From positions 42,199 through 106,198 of the forward strand of contig CALXTF010000001.1 of the NCBI GenBank assembly GCA_944391335.1: 64,000 nt of DNA, written 5' to 3'. A program made the translations under genes and the position numbers. Source of the DNA: an uncultured Alphaproteobacteria bacterium (GTDB lineage Bacteria; Pseudomonadota; Alphaproteobacteria; RF32; CAG-239). Numbering within the stretch: the stretch's first letter is position 1; every line of letters begins with the position of its first letter. The notes under the pieces were generated by a model. It did no database searches, was not told the DNA's origin, and was given only the letters and a program-made list of their open reading frames with translations. Shown here one piece after another: positions 1 to 9,372 of this stretch.

Positions 1-1
1 A

Positions 2-823
2 AAAATCGTTAAAATAGCCTTTTATCAACCGGATACAAATGATTTCTCCGAAATAATAAAACAATTGTCAGATTATGATAATCGATCCGCGGAAATTAAT
101 AAACAAAAGGTATTCCTTAAACAACAAATTAAACAAGGAAATTTAGATGCTAAAAAATCTTTACAAAAACTTGAACTTAAAGATACAAGCAAAGGAGTTG
201 ATTTTGATGCTGTTTTAATTCCTGAATCCGGCGCACAACTTAAATCCGCAGCCGCTATGTTCGGATATTACGATGTTTTTGCTCCCGAAGTAAAATTTTT
301 AGGAACTTCCGTTTGGGAAAATACTCGCTTAAATAAAGAATCAACTCTTGTTGGAAGTTGGTATCCGGCTATGTCTAAAACACATATTGCTTATTTTAAT
401 AAAAAATACCATTCTTTATTTGGTGAATACCCTCAAAGTCTTTACGCTTTCGCTTATGATGCTGTTGCTCTTTGCTCAGCTATCGCACGAAATAATTCAT
501 CAAATATAAACGCTGCTATTACTAATGAAGACGGATTCGTTGGTATTAGCGGAATGTTTCGTATCTTGCCTGATGGAAAAAATGAACATAGTCTCGATAT
601 CATTGAAGTAACTTCAAATGGAGATATTATTATTGATCCCGCTCCTAAAAAATTTTCTACTTTTATTCCTGAAACATCTTTAGATATTGCAGCTCTTTAT
701 TATAATGATTTTCCTCCACAAATTCTTGGTAAAAATCAAAAACAAGCTGAACAACAAATTTTCGGAAAAACTCTTGGAAATCAATATTCTCCATCAATAA
801 ATGAATTTTCTTTCCCTTTTTAA
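2..823 (+). CDS. Periplasmic binding-protein-like protein (LpoA/LppC-like), 5' end outside window
   Basis: Frame is open back to window start (codons from position 2, no stop). The ORF track begins at a TTG at 65. The sequence 'LIPESGAQLKSAAAMFGYYDVFAPEVKFLGTSVWEN' resembles a type-I periplasmic-binding fold. Confidence 0.55.
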   Translation, partial: KIVKIAFYQPDTNDFSEIIKQLSDYDNRSAEINKQKVFLKQQIKQGNLDAKKSLQKLELKDTSKGVDFDAVLIPESGAQLKSAAAMFGYYDVFAPEVKFLGTSVWENTRLNKESTLVGSWYPAMSKTHIAYFNKKYHSLFGEYPQSLYAFAYDAVALCSAIARNNSSNINAAITNEDGFVGISGMFRILPDGKNEHSLDIIEVTSNGDIIIDPAPKKFSTFIPETSLDIAALYYNDFPPQILGKNQKQAEQQIFGKTLGNQYSPSINEFSFPF

Positions 824-890
824 TTTAACTGAAAAAACTTTTTACTTGCAAGTTATATCAATTTGGGCAATATATTTATAAGTGTATAAT

Positions 891-977
891 GGAGAACATC
901 GGGTTAAACTTTCGCCAATCCGGTCAGGTTCGGAAGAAAGCAGCCGTAACGAAATCGTTTGAGGTCGATGTCTCTCC
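891..977 (+). ncRNA. ffs: SRP RNA (4.5S, ffs)
   Basis: Contains the conserved domain IV motif 'GGTCAGGTTCGGAAGAAAGCAGCC'. The 5' end GGAGAACATCG pairs with the 3' end CGATGTCTCTCC in a terminal helix, followed by a T-tract. It sits directly upstream of dnaX, the classic ffs-dnaX-ybaB-recR arrangement. Confidence 0.8.
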
Positions 978-989
978 ACCTTTTTTGAA

Positions 990-2699
990 ATGATAATAAT
1001 GGTTGAACAGGAAAAACAAGAACAGTATGTCGTGCTTGCGCGTAAATATCGACCGCAGAATTTTGAAGATCTGCTCGGACAAAACGCTTTGGTTCAAACG
1101 CTAACGAATGCCATTAATAATAATAGACTACATCATGCCTATATCTTAACCGGTATACGCGGCGTCGGAAAAACAACAACCGCGAGATTAATCGCTAAAG
1201 CTCTTAACTGCATTGGTCCTGACGGAAATGGCTCTCCAACAACTCATCCATGTGGTGTTTGTGAAAATTGTAAATCTATTGCCGCCGGCAGAAATATTGA
1301 TGTCTTAGAATTAGATGCCGCCAGTCGTACAAGTGTTGACGATATTCGTGATATTCTGGACAGTGTTCGATATAAACCAACTAATTGCCGCTATAAAGTT
1401 TACATTATTGATGAAGTTCATATGCTCTCAAAAAGTGCTTTTAATGCTTTGTTAAAAACTTTGGAAGAACCTCCTGCTCATGTTAAATTTATTTTCGCAA
1501 CTACTGAAATTCGAAAGGTTCCCGTTACCGTCCTTTCTCGATGCCAACGTTTTGATTTACAACGCCTCTCTATCGAAAATTTAATGAATTTATTTCATAA
1601 AATTATTGATGCTGAAAATCTCAAAGCTGATAATGAAGCTTTGCATATTATCGCAACCGCTGCCGATGGTTCTGCCCGAGATGGATTGTCTCTCCTCGAT
1701 CAAGCAATATCTTTGGGCGCAGGGAAAATACGCGTCGATATTGTTAAAGAAATGATTGGTATGACCGATAAAAATCAAACTTTCGATTTATTTAATTTAA
1801 TGATTAATGGTGATATGCATACTTTATTGTTAAAACTTCAAGAAATGTATAAAAATGGCGCAAACCCAATGGTCATTATTTCCGATTTACTAAATATAAC
1901 CCATGATTTAACTAAAACTTTAATGTTGCCTTCTTTTATTAACGACCCTTCCCTTGCCGAAACAGAATCTTTGTTCTTAAAGGAAAATTCTCATAAAATG
2001 AATATTGCCGTATTATCTAAAATATGGCAGATGTTAATAAAAGGTTTAACTGAAATTCAAAACGCTCCTGTTCCTATTGACGCTTTGGAAATGATTCTAA
2101 TTAGAATCGCTTATTCGGCTAATCTCCCTTCTCCAAATGAATTATTGGAAAGTATTAAAAAAAAAACTGATTTAATTAATCTTAATAATCAAAATTATGC
2201 TGCAAACTCTAATCTTATTTCCGTTTTTGCTGATGATAAAAAATCAGATACTTTAAAATCTCCTTTTACAAATATTTACGAATTAATCAATTACTTAGAT
2301 ATAAACAAACAACCTCAACTAGCTTATATTCTGCGTCACGACGTAGAAATTACAGATTTTTCTATCGGAAATATTAAATTTCATGTAAATGATAGAATTA
2401 AAAACGATACTCTCGCACTCCTTAATAAATTTCTTCAACAAACAACAGGACGCCAATGGACTTTTGATATTTTACCCGGAAAAATAGGAAAAACTATTGC
2501 CGATATGGAAAAAGAACAAAAGGAAAATGATAAAAAGAATATTGCCGACACACCCTTGGTTAAAGCTATTTTAGAAGAATTCCACGGTGCTAAAATAGAA
2601 ACATTAACTCGAAAATCATCTAATAAAGAAATTGTCGACAACGATAATGAAGATTCATTTAACAACAACCAAGAAGATTATTTTAATAATGAGGATTAA
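990..2699 (+). CDS. dnaX: DNA polymerase III subunit tau/gamma
   Basis: AAA+ Walker A 'GIRGVGKTT', Zn module 'CGVCENCKSI', 'SRCQRF' sensor motif. 569 aa. An internal A10 run lies at 2157-2166. Confidence 0.95.
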   Translation: MIIMVEQEKQEQYVVLARKYRPQNFEDLLGQNALVQTLTNAINNNRLHHAYILTGIRGVGKTTTARLIAKALNCIGPDGNGSPTTHPCGVCENCKSIAAGRNIDVLELDAASRTSVDDIRDILDSVRYKPTNCRYKVYIIDEVHMLSKSAFNALLKTLEEPPAHVKFIFATTEIRKVPVTVLSRCQRFDLQRLSIENLMNLFHKIIDAENLKADNEALHIIATAADGSARDGLSLLDQAISLGAGKIRVDIVKEMIGMTDKNQTFDLFNLMINGDMHTLLLKLQEMYKNGANPMVIISDLLNITHDLTKTLMLPSFINDPSLAETESLFLKENSHKMNIAVLSKIWQMLIKGLTEIQNAPVPIDALEMILIRIAYSANLPSPNELLESIKKKTDLINLNNQNYAANSNLISVFADDKKSDTLKSPFTNIYELINYLDINKQPQLAYILRHDVEITDFSIGNIKFHVNDRIKNDTLALLNKFLQQTTGRQWTFDILPGKIGKTIADMEKEQKENDKKNIADTPLVKAILEEFHGAKIETLTRKSSNKEIVDNDNEDSFNNNQEDYFNNED

Positions 2700-2704
2700 A
2701 ACAC

Positions 2705-3025
2705 ATGATGAATATACAAAATCTTATGAAACAAGCACAAATGATGCAAAAAAAAATGGAAGACACGCAAAATAAACTAGCAGAAAAAGAAGTCGTTGGT
2801 TCAAGCGGAGGCGGAATGGTCAAAGTAACTTTAAATGGAAAATTCGTTGCTAAAAAAGTTGAAATTGATAAAACACTTATTAATCCTGACGAAGTTGACA
2901 TTCTTGAAGATTTAATTCTAGCAGCTTATAATGACGCTCAAATAAAAGCCGATAAAATGATGAATGACGGTATGAAAGAAATTACCGGCGGTTTAAATCT
3001 TGGCGGTCTAAAATTACCTTTCTAA
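2705..3025 (+). CDS. ybaB: Nucleoid-associated protein YbaB/EbfC
   Basis: 106 aa. Conserved dnaX-ybaB-recR order. The motif 'GGGMVKVTLNGK' is typical of the family. Confidence 0.9.
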   Translation: MMNIQNLMKQAQMMQKKMEDTQNKLAEKEVVGSSGGGMVKVTLNGKFVAKKVEIDKTLINPDEVDILEDLILAAYNDAQIKADKMMNDGMKEITGGLNLGGLKLPF

Positions 3026-3037
3026 GGAGATTACACT

Positions 3038-3631
3038 TTGTCTGGTCAGGAAATTGAAAAACTGATAAAAATAATAGCTAAATTACCATCTCTTGGTCAT
3101 CGCTCATCTCGTCGTATTGTTTTACATTTACTTAAAAAGAAAGAATCAATTATGTTGCCTCTAATTGACGCATTGCAAGATGTGGCGCAAAATATTAAAA
3201 CTTGCGAAATATGCGGAAATTATGATACAATTTCTCCTTGTTTGATTTGTTCTTCCGAAAAAAGAGAACATTCTACAATTTGCGTGGTACAAGATGTGGC
3301 TGATTTATGGGCTATGGAAAGAATCGGTTTTTATCACGGACAATATCATATATTAGGAGGTGTTCTTTCGGCTTTAGATGGTATTTCTCCTGAAGATTTA
3401 AATATCGAAAAACTTATTAATCGCATAAAAAACGAACAAATAAATGAAATTATTTTAGCTTTACCGGCAACTGTCGACGGACAAATTACATCTCATTATC
3501 TTTTTAACCGTCTTAAAGAAACTAAAATTAAAATCACAACTTTGGCACAAGGAATTCCTGTAGGAGCCGAATTAGATTATATGGATGAAGGAACAATTCA
3601 ATTAGCTCTTAACTCACGCAAAGAAATGTAA
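3038..3631 (+). CDS. recR: Recombination protein RecR
   Basis: C4 zinc finger 'CEICGNYDTISPCLIC' followed by a Toprim domain. 197 aa. Confidence 0.95.
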   Translation: MSGQEIEKLIKIIAKLPSLGHRSSRRIVLHLLKKKESIMLPLIDALQDVAQNIKTCEICGNYDTISPCLICSSEKREHSTICVVQDVADLWAMERIGFYHGQYHILGGVLSALDGISPEDLNIEKLINRIKNEQINEIILALPATVDGQITSHYLFNRLKETKIKITTLAQGIPVGAELDYMDEGTIQLALNSRKEM

Positions 3632-3648
3632 CCATAATTAAAATTATT

Positions 3649-4332
3649 TTATTCATCAACGGTCATTTCTATAAGCCGATCAAGACTTTTTTGCTCCGAA
3701 CTATCATATCCTCGCGGTTTTTCTGTTTTTGATTCTTTTTCTTTTTTCTTGATTTTTGGTTGTGTTAAATTTTCAAATAAGTTGTTAATATCATTATTGG
3801 AAAAATCAACATCATCCTTTTCATCTTGCATATTTACTTGTTGGTGAAGTTTTTCTCTCGTTGATTGAGGTATAAGCTCTTCTATGGGTTGAGCAAAAGA
3901 ACTTGCTAATTTAAAATATTTTGATTGTTTTATTATTTCCGGTTGGCTTTCCGGAGGCATAATCCAATTGACAAGAATGTTAAGCAGTATAATTAATAAG
4001 AAAGCTCTTAAGATTCCAAAAAATAAACCTAAAACTCGATCTATTCCGTTTAATTTGCTTGCACGGATTTTACTGATTATTATTGCTGTTAAATATATCC
4101 AAATGATAAAAAATACAATTAAAATCGTAAAAGCAGAAATAATAACGGACATTAAATCGCTTTCTATATGTTTCTCCGCAATAGGTTGAATATAGGGTAA
4201 AAGATAAATAATGGCAATAATTCCAAAAAACCACCCAATAATTGATAATACTTCTTTAATTAGCCCTCTATTTAGTGCTATCAAAGCTGAAATTAATATA
4301 ATGATTAAAATAGCAATATCTAAACCATTCAT
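3649..4332 (-). CDS. cvpA: CvpA-family membrane protein
   Basis: N-terminal polytopic region resembles colicin V production protein. It carries a charged, Lys-rich C-terminal extension. Confidence 0.7.
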   Translation of the reverse strand: MNGLDIAILIIILISALIALNRGLIKEVLSIIGWFFGIIAIIYLLPYIQPIAEKHIESDLMSVIISAFTILIVFFIIWIYLTAIIISKIRASKLNGIDRVLGLFFGILRAFLLIILLNILVNWIMPPESQPEIIKQSKYFKLASSFAQPIEELIPQSTREKLHQQVNMQDEKDDVDFSNNDINNLFENLTQPKIKKKEKESKTEKPRGYDSSEQKSLDRLIEMTVDE

Positions 4333-4341
4333 TTTTTTATC

Positions 4342-5715
4342 CTAATTAAACCAATTAATCAATTTTTGCACATTACCGATTTCATGGATATTGATATCAA
4401 AACTGTTTTTATTTTTATCTTTATTGTGTTGTGATGGAACAATTGCACTTCTGAAACCAAGTTTATATGCTTCTTTTAAGCGTAAATTTGGTTGACTTAC
4501 TGCTCTAATTTCTCCAGATAAACCTATTTCACCAAAAATAACCATATCAGCCGGAAGAGGTCTATTGGTTAATGATGAAACTATAGCCATGGCAACAGCT
4601 AAATCTGCTGCCGGTTCAGTAATTTTTAATCCCCCTGCTATATTTAGATAAACATCTTGTGAAGATAAATTAAGACCGGCTCTTGCCTCTAATACGGCTA
4701 AAACCATTGATAATCGATTTGAATCCCATCCAACAACAGCACGTTTAGAGCTGGAATAACCACTCTGACTGACTAGTGCTTGAATTTCAACAAGTAAAGG
4801 TCTTGATCCCTCTATACCGGCAAAAACACACGAACCGGAAATATTTCCTTGTCTTTCCGCTAGAAACAAAGCTGATGGATTTTCAACTTCTGCCAATCCT
4901 TTATCCTGCATTTCAAATACACCTATTTCATCTGTGGCTCCGTAACGATTTTTTACTGCTCGCAAAATTCGAAATTGATGTCCTCTTTCTCCTTCAAAAT
5001 AAAGCACTGTATCCACCATATGTTCTAAAACTCTGGGACCGGCTATTGAACCTTGTTTTGTGACATGACCTACTAAAAATAAAACAAAACCTTTCTTCTT
5101 AGCTAATTTTATCAATTCATATGCGCAGGCTCTTACTTGAGCAACGCTTCCGGGGGTTGATTCCGCTTCCTCAAGATACATTGTTTGAATAGAATCAATT
5201 ACAACAACAGAAGCTTTTGTCTGTTCAAGTGTTGTAACAATATCTCGAACATCTGTCGCTGATGCTAAATTTACAGGAGCTTTTTCTAATCCTAAGCGAT
5301 GCGCTCTAATTTTTACTTGATCCGCTGCTTCTTCCCCTGAAATATAATAACATTTAGGACGTTCCGGTAAATTAGCTATACTTGCGCAAGCTTGTAACAA
5401 TAAAGTAGATTTTCCTATACCGGGATCTCCGCCAACAAGGATAACGGAACCACTAACCAAACCTCCTCCACAAACTCTGTCTAATTCACGAATATTCGTA
5501 TGCAACCGTTCTAATTTTTGAGGTGAACCGCTTAAAGAAACAAAATCGAGTTGGATTCCTTTTTTTTGCGGATTAAAATTTGAAAAACCTTCTCCGCCTA
5601 TTTTTTCCTCGATTATTGTATTCCACTCTCCGCATGAATCGCATTTTCCTTGCCATTTTGGATAAACACTTCCACATGTTTGACAGACATATTCGTTTCC
5701 AGTTTTTTTGGTCAT
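4342..5715 (-). CDS. radA: DNA repair protein RadA
   Basis: N-terminal C4 zinc finger 'CQTCGSVYPKWQGKCDSCGEW', Walker A 'GGDPGIGKST', KNRFG motif and a Lon-like C-terminal domain. Confidence 0.95.
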   Translation of the reverse strand: MTKKTGNEYVCQTCGSVYPKWQGKCDSCGEWNTIIEEKIGGEGFSNFNPQKKGIQLDFVSLSGSPQKLERLHTNIRELDRVCGGGLVSGSVILVGGDPGIGKSTLLLQACASIANLPERPKCYYISGEEAADQVKIRAHRLGLEKAPVNLASATDVRDIVTTLEQTKASVVVIDSIQTMYLEEAESTPGSVAQVRACAYELIKLAKKKGFVLFLVGHVTKQGSIAGPRVLEHMVDTVLYFEGERGHQFRILRAVKNRYGATDEIGVFEMQDKGLAEVENPSALFLAERQGNISGSCVFAGIEGSRPLLVEIQALVSQSGYSSSKRAVVGWDSNRLSMVLAVLEARAGLNLSSQDVYLNIAGGLKITEPAADLAVAMAIVSSLTNRPLPADMVIFGEIGLSGEIRAVSQPNLRLKEAYKLGFRSAIVPSQHNKDKNKNSFDINIHEIGNVQKLINWFN

Positions 5716-5718
5716 TTA

Positions 5719-6489
5719 TTATATCTCCACTTTAATTGGTCCTGTGGCTTGACCATTTACAAACTGGCATACACAAGGATTATTGGTTGTTTTCAACTCA
5801 GAAACTGTTCCTTGCCAAATAATTTTTCCTTGATAAAGCATGGCTATACGATCGGCTATTTTCTTTGCCGACGCCATATCATGTGTAATTGTTAAGGCAC
5901 TGGCTCCAAGTTTTTTTACCGAATCGATAATTAAATCATTAATAACATCTGCCATAATTGGATCTAACCCTGTTGTTGGTTCATCAAAAAATATAATTTC
6001 CGGACGTGTTGCTATGGCACGAGCTAAACCTACTCTTTTTTGCATACCGCCTGAAAGTTCTGATGGCGATAAATCAGCAACATCCGCTCCTAATCCAACT
6101 TGACGAAGTACTTCTATTGCTTTTTCTTTTGCTAATTTACGCGGCATTTTTTGATTTTCAATTAAACCAAAAGCAACATTTTCCCATACGCTTAAACTAT
6201 CAAAAAGAGCTCCTCCTTGAAACAACATTCCCATTGTCGCATATAATTTTTCATTATCTTTATATGATTTTCCGACTGTTTCATAACCGTCAATTTTTAT
6301 TGATCCCCTATCAGGGGTAATTAATCCTTGAATACATTTGATCAGAACGGATTTTCCTGTTCCCGATCCGCCTATAACAACAAGCGATTCCCCCTTTTTA
6401 ACTGTTAAATCCACACCATTTAAAACTTTTTTACGTCCAAAAGATTTATGTAAGTTTCTAACTGTTATTTTATCGACCAATTCATCCAT
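5719..6489 (-). CDS. mlaF: ABC transporter ATP-binding protein (MlaF-like)
   Basis: Walker A 'GGSGTGKS', ABC signature 'LSGGMQKRV', Walker B 'IIFFDEP'. Paired with the MlaE-like permease next to it. Confidence 0.85.
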   Translation of the reverse strand: MDELVDKITVRNLHKSFGRKKVLNGVDLTVKKGESLVVIGGSGTGKSVLIKCIQGLITPDRGSIKIDGYETVGKSYKDNEKLYATMGMLFQGGALFDSLSVWENVAFGLIENQKMPRKLAKEKAIEVLRQVGLGADVADLSPSELSGGMQKRVGLARAIATRPEIIFFDEPTTGLDPIMADVINDLIIDSVKKLGASALTITHDMASAKKIADRIAMLYQGKIIWQGTVSELKTTNNPCVCQFVNGQATGPIKVEI

Positions 6490-6507
6490 CGTTTTTTACT
6501 CCGTTTT

Positions 6508-7302
6508 TTAATTAGTAAAAATTAGGTCGGTAATTATATAGTTGAAAATAAGGATAATAATTGATGAAGCAACAACCGCATTTGTTGTGGCTTCCCCGAC
6601 GCCTTGAGCTCCGCCTTTTGATTTATAACCGTTATAACATCCCATTAAGGCAATAACAAAACCAAAAACAGCCGCTTTTATAATACCTGTATAAACATCT
6701 ATGGCCTGTAATTCATTAACTGTCGTTTTTATATAATTAGCTGGATTAAAATTTAATTGATAAACAGCTACCAAATAACCGCCAAATATACCTATAATAT
6801 CACCTATTAGCACTAATAAAGGTAAAACAATGACACCGGCCCATAAGCGTGGAGCAACAAGATATTTAAAAGGATTTGTTGATAATGTTGATAATGCATC
6901 TATCTGTTCTGTGACACGCATTGTTCCTATTTCCGCAGCCATTGCGGCCCCTATTCGACCGGCAACCATTAAACCGGCAAAAGCGGGAGCTAATTCACGG
7001 GTTACGGAAATTAAAACAACTTGAGCTATTGCGCTTTCCGCTCCATAACTTGAAAAACCGGCATTTGTTTGTAAAGCTATGACCATACCGGCAAATATTG
7101 TTGTTAAAGCAACAACAGGTAATGAATAAAAACCAATATTTATAATTTGTTTTAATAAAAGTTTTGGATAAAAAGGTGGTGTAATACTATGATATAAAGC
7201 TTTTGCAATAAATTCCGATAATTCCCCAAGTCGATAGATAAATATAACAAGAGGTTTTCCTAATGTTCTTAAAAAATTTTCCAAATATTTATGGCTTTGC
7301 AT
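6508..7302 (-). CDS. mlaE: ABC transporter permease (MlaE-like)
   Basis: 264-aa polytopic membrane protein with the MlaE/YrbE topology, located upstream of the ATPase. Confidence 0.8.
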   Translation of the reverse strand: MQSHKYLENFLRTLGKPLVIFIYRLGELSEFIAKALYHSITPPFYPKLLLKQIINIGFYSLPVVALTTIFAGMVIALQTNAGFSSYGAESAIAQVVLISVTRELAPAFAGLMVAGRIGAAMAAEIGTMRVTEQIDALSTLSTNPFKYLVAPRLWAGVIVLPLLVLIGDIIGIFGGYLVAVYQLNFNPANYIKTTVNELQAIDVYTGIIKAAVFGFVIALMGCYNGYKSKGGAQGVGEATTNAVVASSIIILIFNYIITDLIFTN

Positions 7303-7362
7303 TATTTCCCTACCTTTTTTGTTTGATGTTATATTAAAACAGCGTTATGAAGAAAGCAAGAG

Positions 7363-7788
7363 CTATTTATTTTGGTAACAAGCGAGAATAATTTTATTTG
7401 TTGCCGATGTTTCATAACCATGAATACATATTTTAGGTATTTGTATTCCTAAGTATTGAATATTTTTTATTTGCGGCAATCTTTCAATTTCGAAATTTTG
7501 GGGTACTAATTCAACAACAAGAGATAAAACGACGGAGGGGACTGGGTTAAAACGACAAATACCTATACCGCGAACCTCCATAAGTCCTAATAGCGATTTA
7601 GGACATGATGCGATTAATTGTCCTTGTTTTTCTTCTATATTTGTGCGATCATCTGCTACTAATAAGGCATTGTTGTTCATTATCATTTGTAAAGCAAGAT
7701 CTGACTTTCCGCTACCGCTTGCTCCTATAAACAGAATACCTTTATCTTGATAACTAATACAAGTCCCATGAATATTTATTTTATTCAA
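7363..7788 (-). CDS. hprK: HPr kinase/phosphorylase, short alphaproteobacterial type (C-terminal domain only)
   Basis: P-loop 'GASGSGKSDLAL' and 'LVADDR' motifs. The 141-aa length is typical of alphaproteobacterial HprK. Confidence 0.75.
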   Translation of the reverse strand: MNKINIHGTCISYQDKGILFIGASGSGKSDLALQMIMNNNALLVADDRTNIEEKQGQLIASCPKSLLGLMEVRGIGICRFNPVPSVVLSLVVELVPQNFEIERLPQIKNIQYLGIQIPKICIHGYETSATNKIILACYQNK

Positions 7789-8230
7789 AATCTAACAACC
7801 TTTCAGGACCGGTAATTGTAATTTTTCGTCCTTGTTTTTCTGATTTTATTTCTATTTTTATGCTTTTCTGGGGTATATATCCACCCATTTTTTCAGGCCA
7901 TTCGATTAAACAAACACCTTCATAAAGAGCTTCTTCCATTCCTAATTCAAAAATTTCTTCTGCCGTTTTTAAACGATATAAATCAAAATGATAAATATCA
8001 AAATTTTTAGCAGGATAACTTTGCACTAAAGTAAATGTCGGACTTGGAACATCATTTACATCAGTTAAATTTTGAATAAAAGCACGGCATAAGACGCTTT
8101 TTCCCATTCCTAAAGTTCCATAAAGGGCAAAGCAGTCTCCTTTTTGCGCATTTTGTGAAAGTTTACGGCCAATTTCTGCCGTATCTTTTTCTTTTGCACA
8201 ATACCAACTTTTAGATTTAATCATTTTCAC
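7781..8230 (-). CDS. tsaE: tRNA t6A biosynthesis ATPase TsaE
   Basis: P-loop 'GTLGMGKSVLCRAF'. 149 aa. Overlaps hprK by 8 nt. Confidence 0.85.
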   Translation of the reverse strand: MKMIKSKSWYCAKEKDTAEIGRKLSQNAQKGDCFALYGTLGMGKSVLCRAFIQNLTDVNDVPSPTFTLVQSYPAKNFDIYHFDLYRLKTAEEIFELGMEEALYEGVCLIEWPEKMGGYIPQKSIKIEIKSEKQGRKITITGPERLLDFE

Positions 8231-8232
8231 TC

Positions 8233-9270
8233 TTAAAAATCAAAAAGGCTTTTATGACTGTTTTTAGGTTTTATTACTTTAATTTTTGCTTTTTTGGATT
8301 GAATTTCTCTCCAATCCCACGGCATATAAAATTGCCCTTGCCATAATCCACGTCTATTATTAATGGCTTGTTGCTGATATGGCACATAGATGTCGTTTTG
8401 CGAAGGATCGGCAACGGCCCATCCGGCATTTACCATTGCCGCACCTATATCATATTGACCAAGAGAACATGTCGCTATCATATTACCTTTGGAATCTTGT
8501 TTTAATATATGGCATTCCAATTCATGTCCTGAAATCCAACTTTTTAGCCATTTGGCGGCTTCTTGACCACATCTGTAAGCTCGTCCTTTATAATCTGCGC
8601 AGCTTTGATTTGATTCGGGGGCATCAATAGCGTAAATTTTAATATATTTTCCTCTCATCTCAAGCGTATCACCATTAATGACACGCGTGACACCGTAAAT
8701 TGCCGGATAATTGTTGGGATTAAATGTTTGCTGTTCTTGTGTATTTGTTTTATTTTTGGTTAAGCTGTTGATTAATTGATTTAATCCGTCGCTCTTTTCA
8801 ATCGGTTGCGCTTGATTGACAGGTTGCATTCTATTATTTTGATTTTCGTTTTCTGTTATTTCTTCCACTATTTTAATATCATCAAAATTTTCATTTAGCA
8901 GAGGTGCTGATAATGAAGGTTCTTCATTATCTTGCGAGGCTGAAACCAGCATATCCTTTTGGGTTGTTTTATTTGATCCTATTCCCAAGAAATTCTGCAC
9001 ATTTGGGATAATTTCATTAACACCGCCGTTAAATGCTCCTATAGCGTATAGGACAAAGGAAACGACCAATCCAATGATGAATAAAACGGATAAACATCCC
9101 ATCGCCCGCCAAATCATTTTACCAAAGATATATAAGATGACAAAACCTACGAGAATACCTATAAAACCTGTTCCTTGAACCATAACATTAGAGCTTTGTG
9201 TTCCGTTGCCGCCAATATATATCAGAATCACTGCAGCTAAACCAAGTAGCAATTTTTTAATAAAAAACAT
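8233..9270 (-). CDS. Membrane-anchored SNase (thermonuclease)-like nuclease
   Basis: N-terminal transmembrane segments. The C-terminal region 'VINGDTLEMRGKYIKIYAIDAPES...' resembles the staphylococcal nuclease fold. Confidence 0.6.
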   Translation of the reverse strand: MFFIKKLLLGLAAVILIYIGGNGTQSSNVMVQGTGFIGILVGFVILYIFGKMIWRAMGCLSVLFIIGLVVSFVLYAIGAFNGGVNEIIPNVQNFLGIGSNKTTQKDMLVSASQDNEEPSLSAPLLNENFDDIKIVEEITENENQNNRMQPVNQAQPIEKSDGLNQLINSLTKNKTNTQEQQTFNPNNYPAIYGVTRVINGDTLEMRGKYIKIYAIDAPESNQSCADYKGRAYRCGQEAAKWLKSWISGHELECHILKQDSKGNMIATCSLGQYDIGAAMVNAGWAVADPSQNDIYVPYQQQAINNRRGLWQGQFYMPWDWREIQSKKAKIKVIKPKNSHKSLFDF

Positions 9271-9372
9271 TGATATTTCCTCATCTGTTATTTTAGTTCA
9301 AAATACGCGACAAGCGGTAAAAATATGGTTACGATTTTAATATTTTTATATAATAATTACTTAACATTTTGA

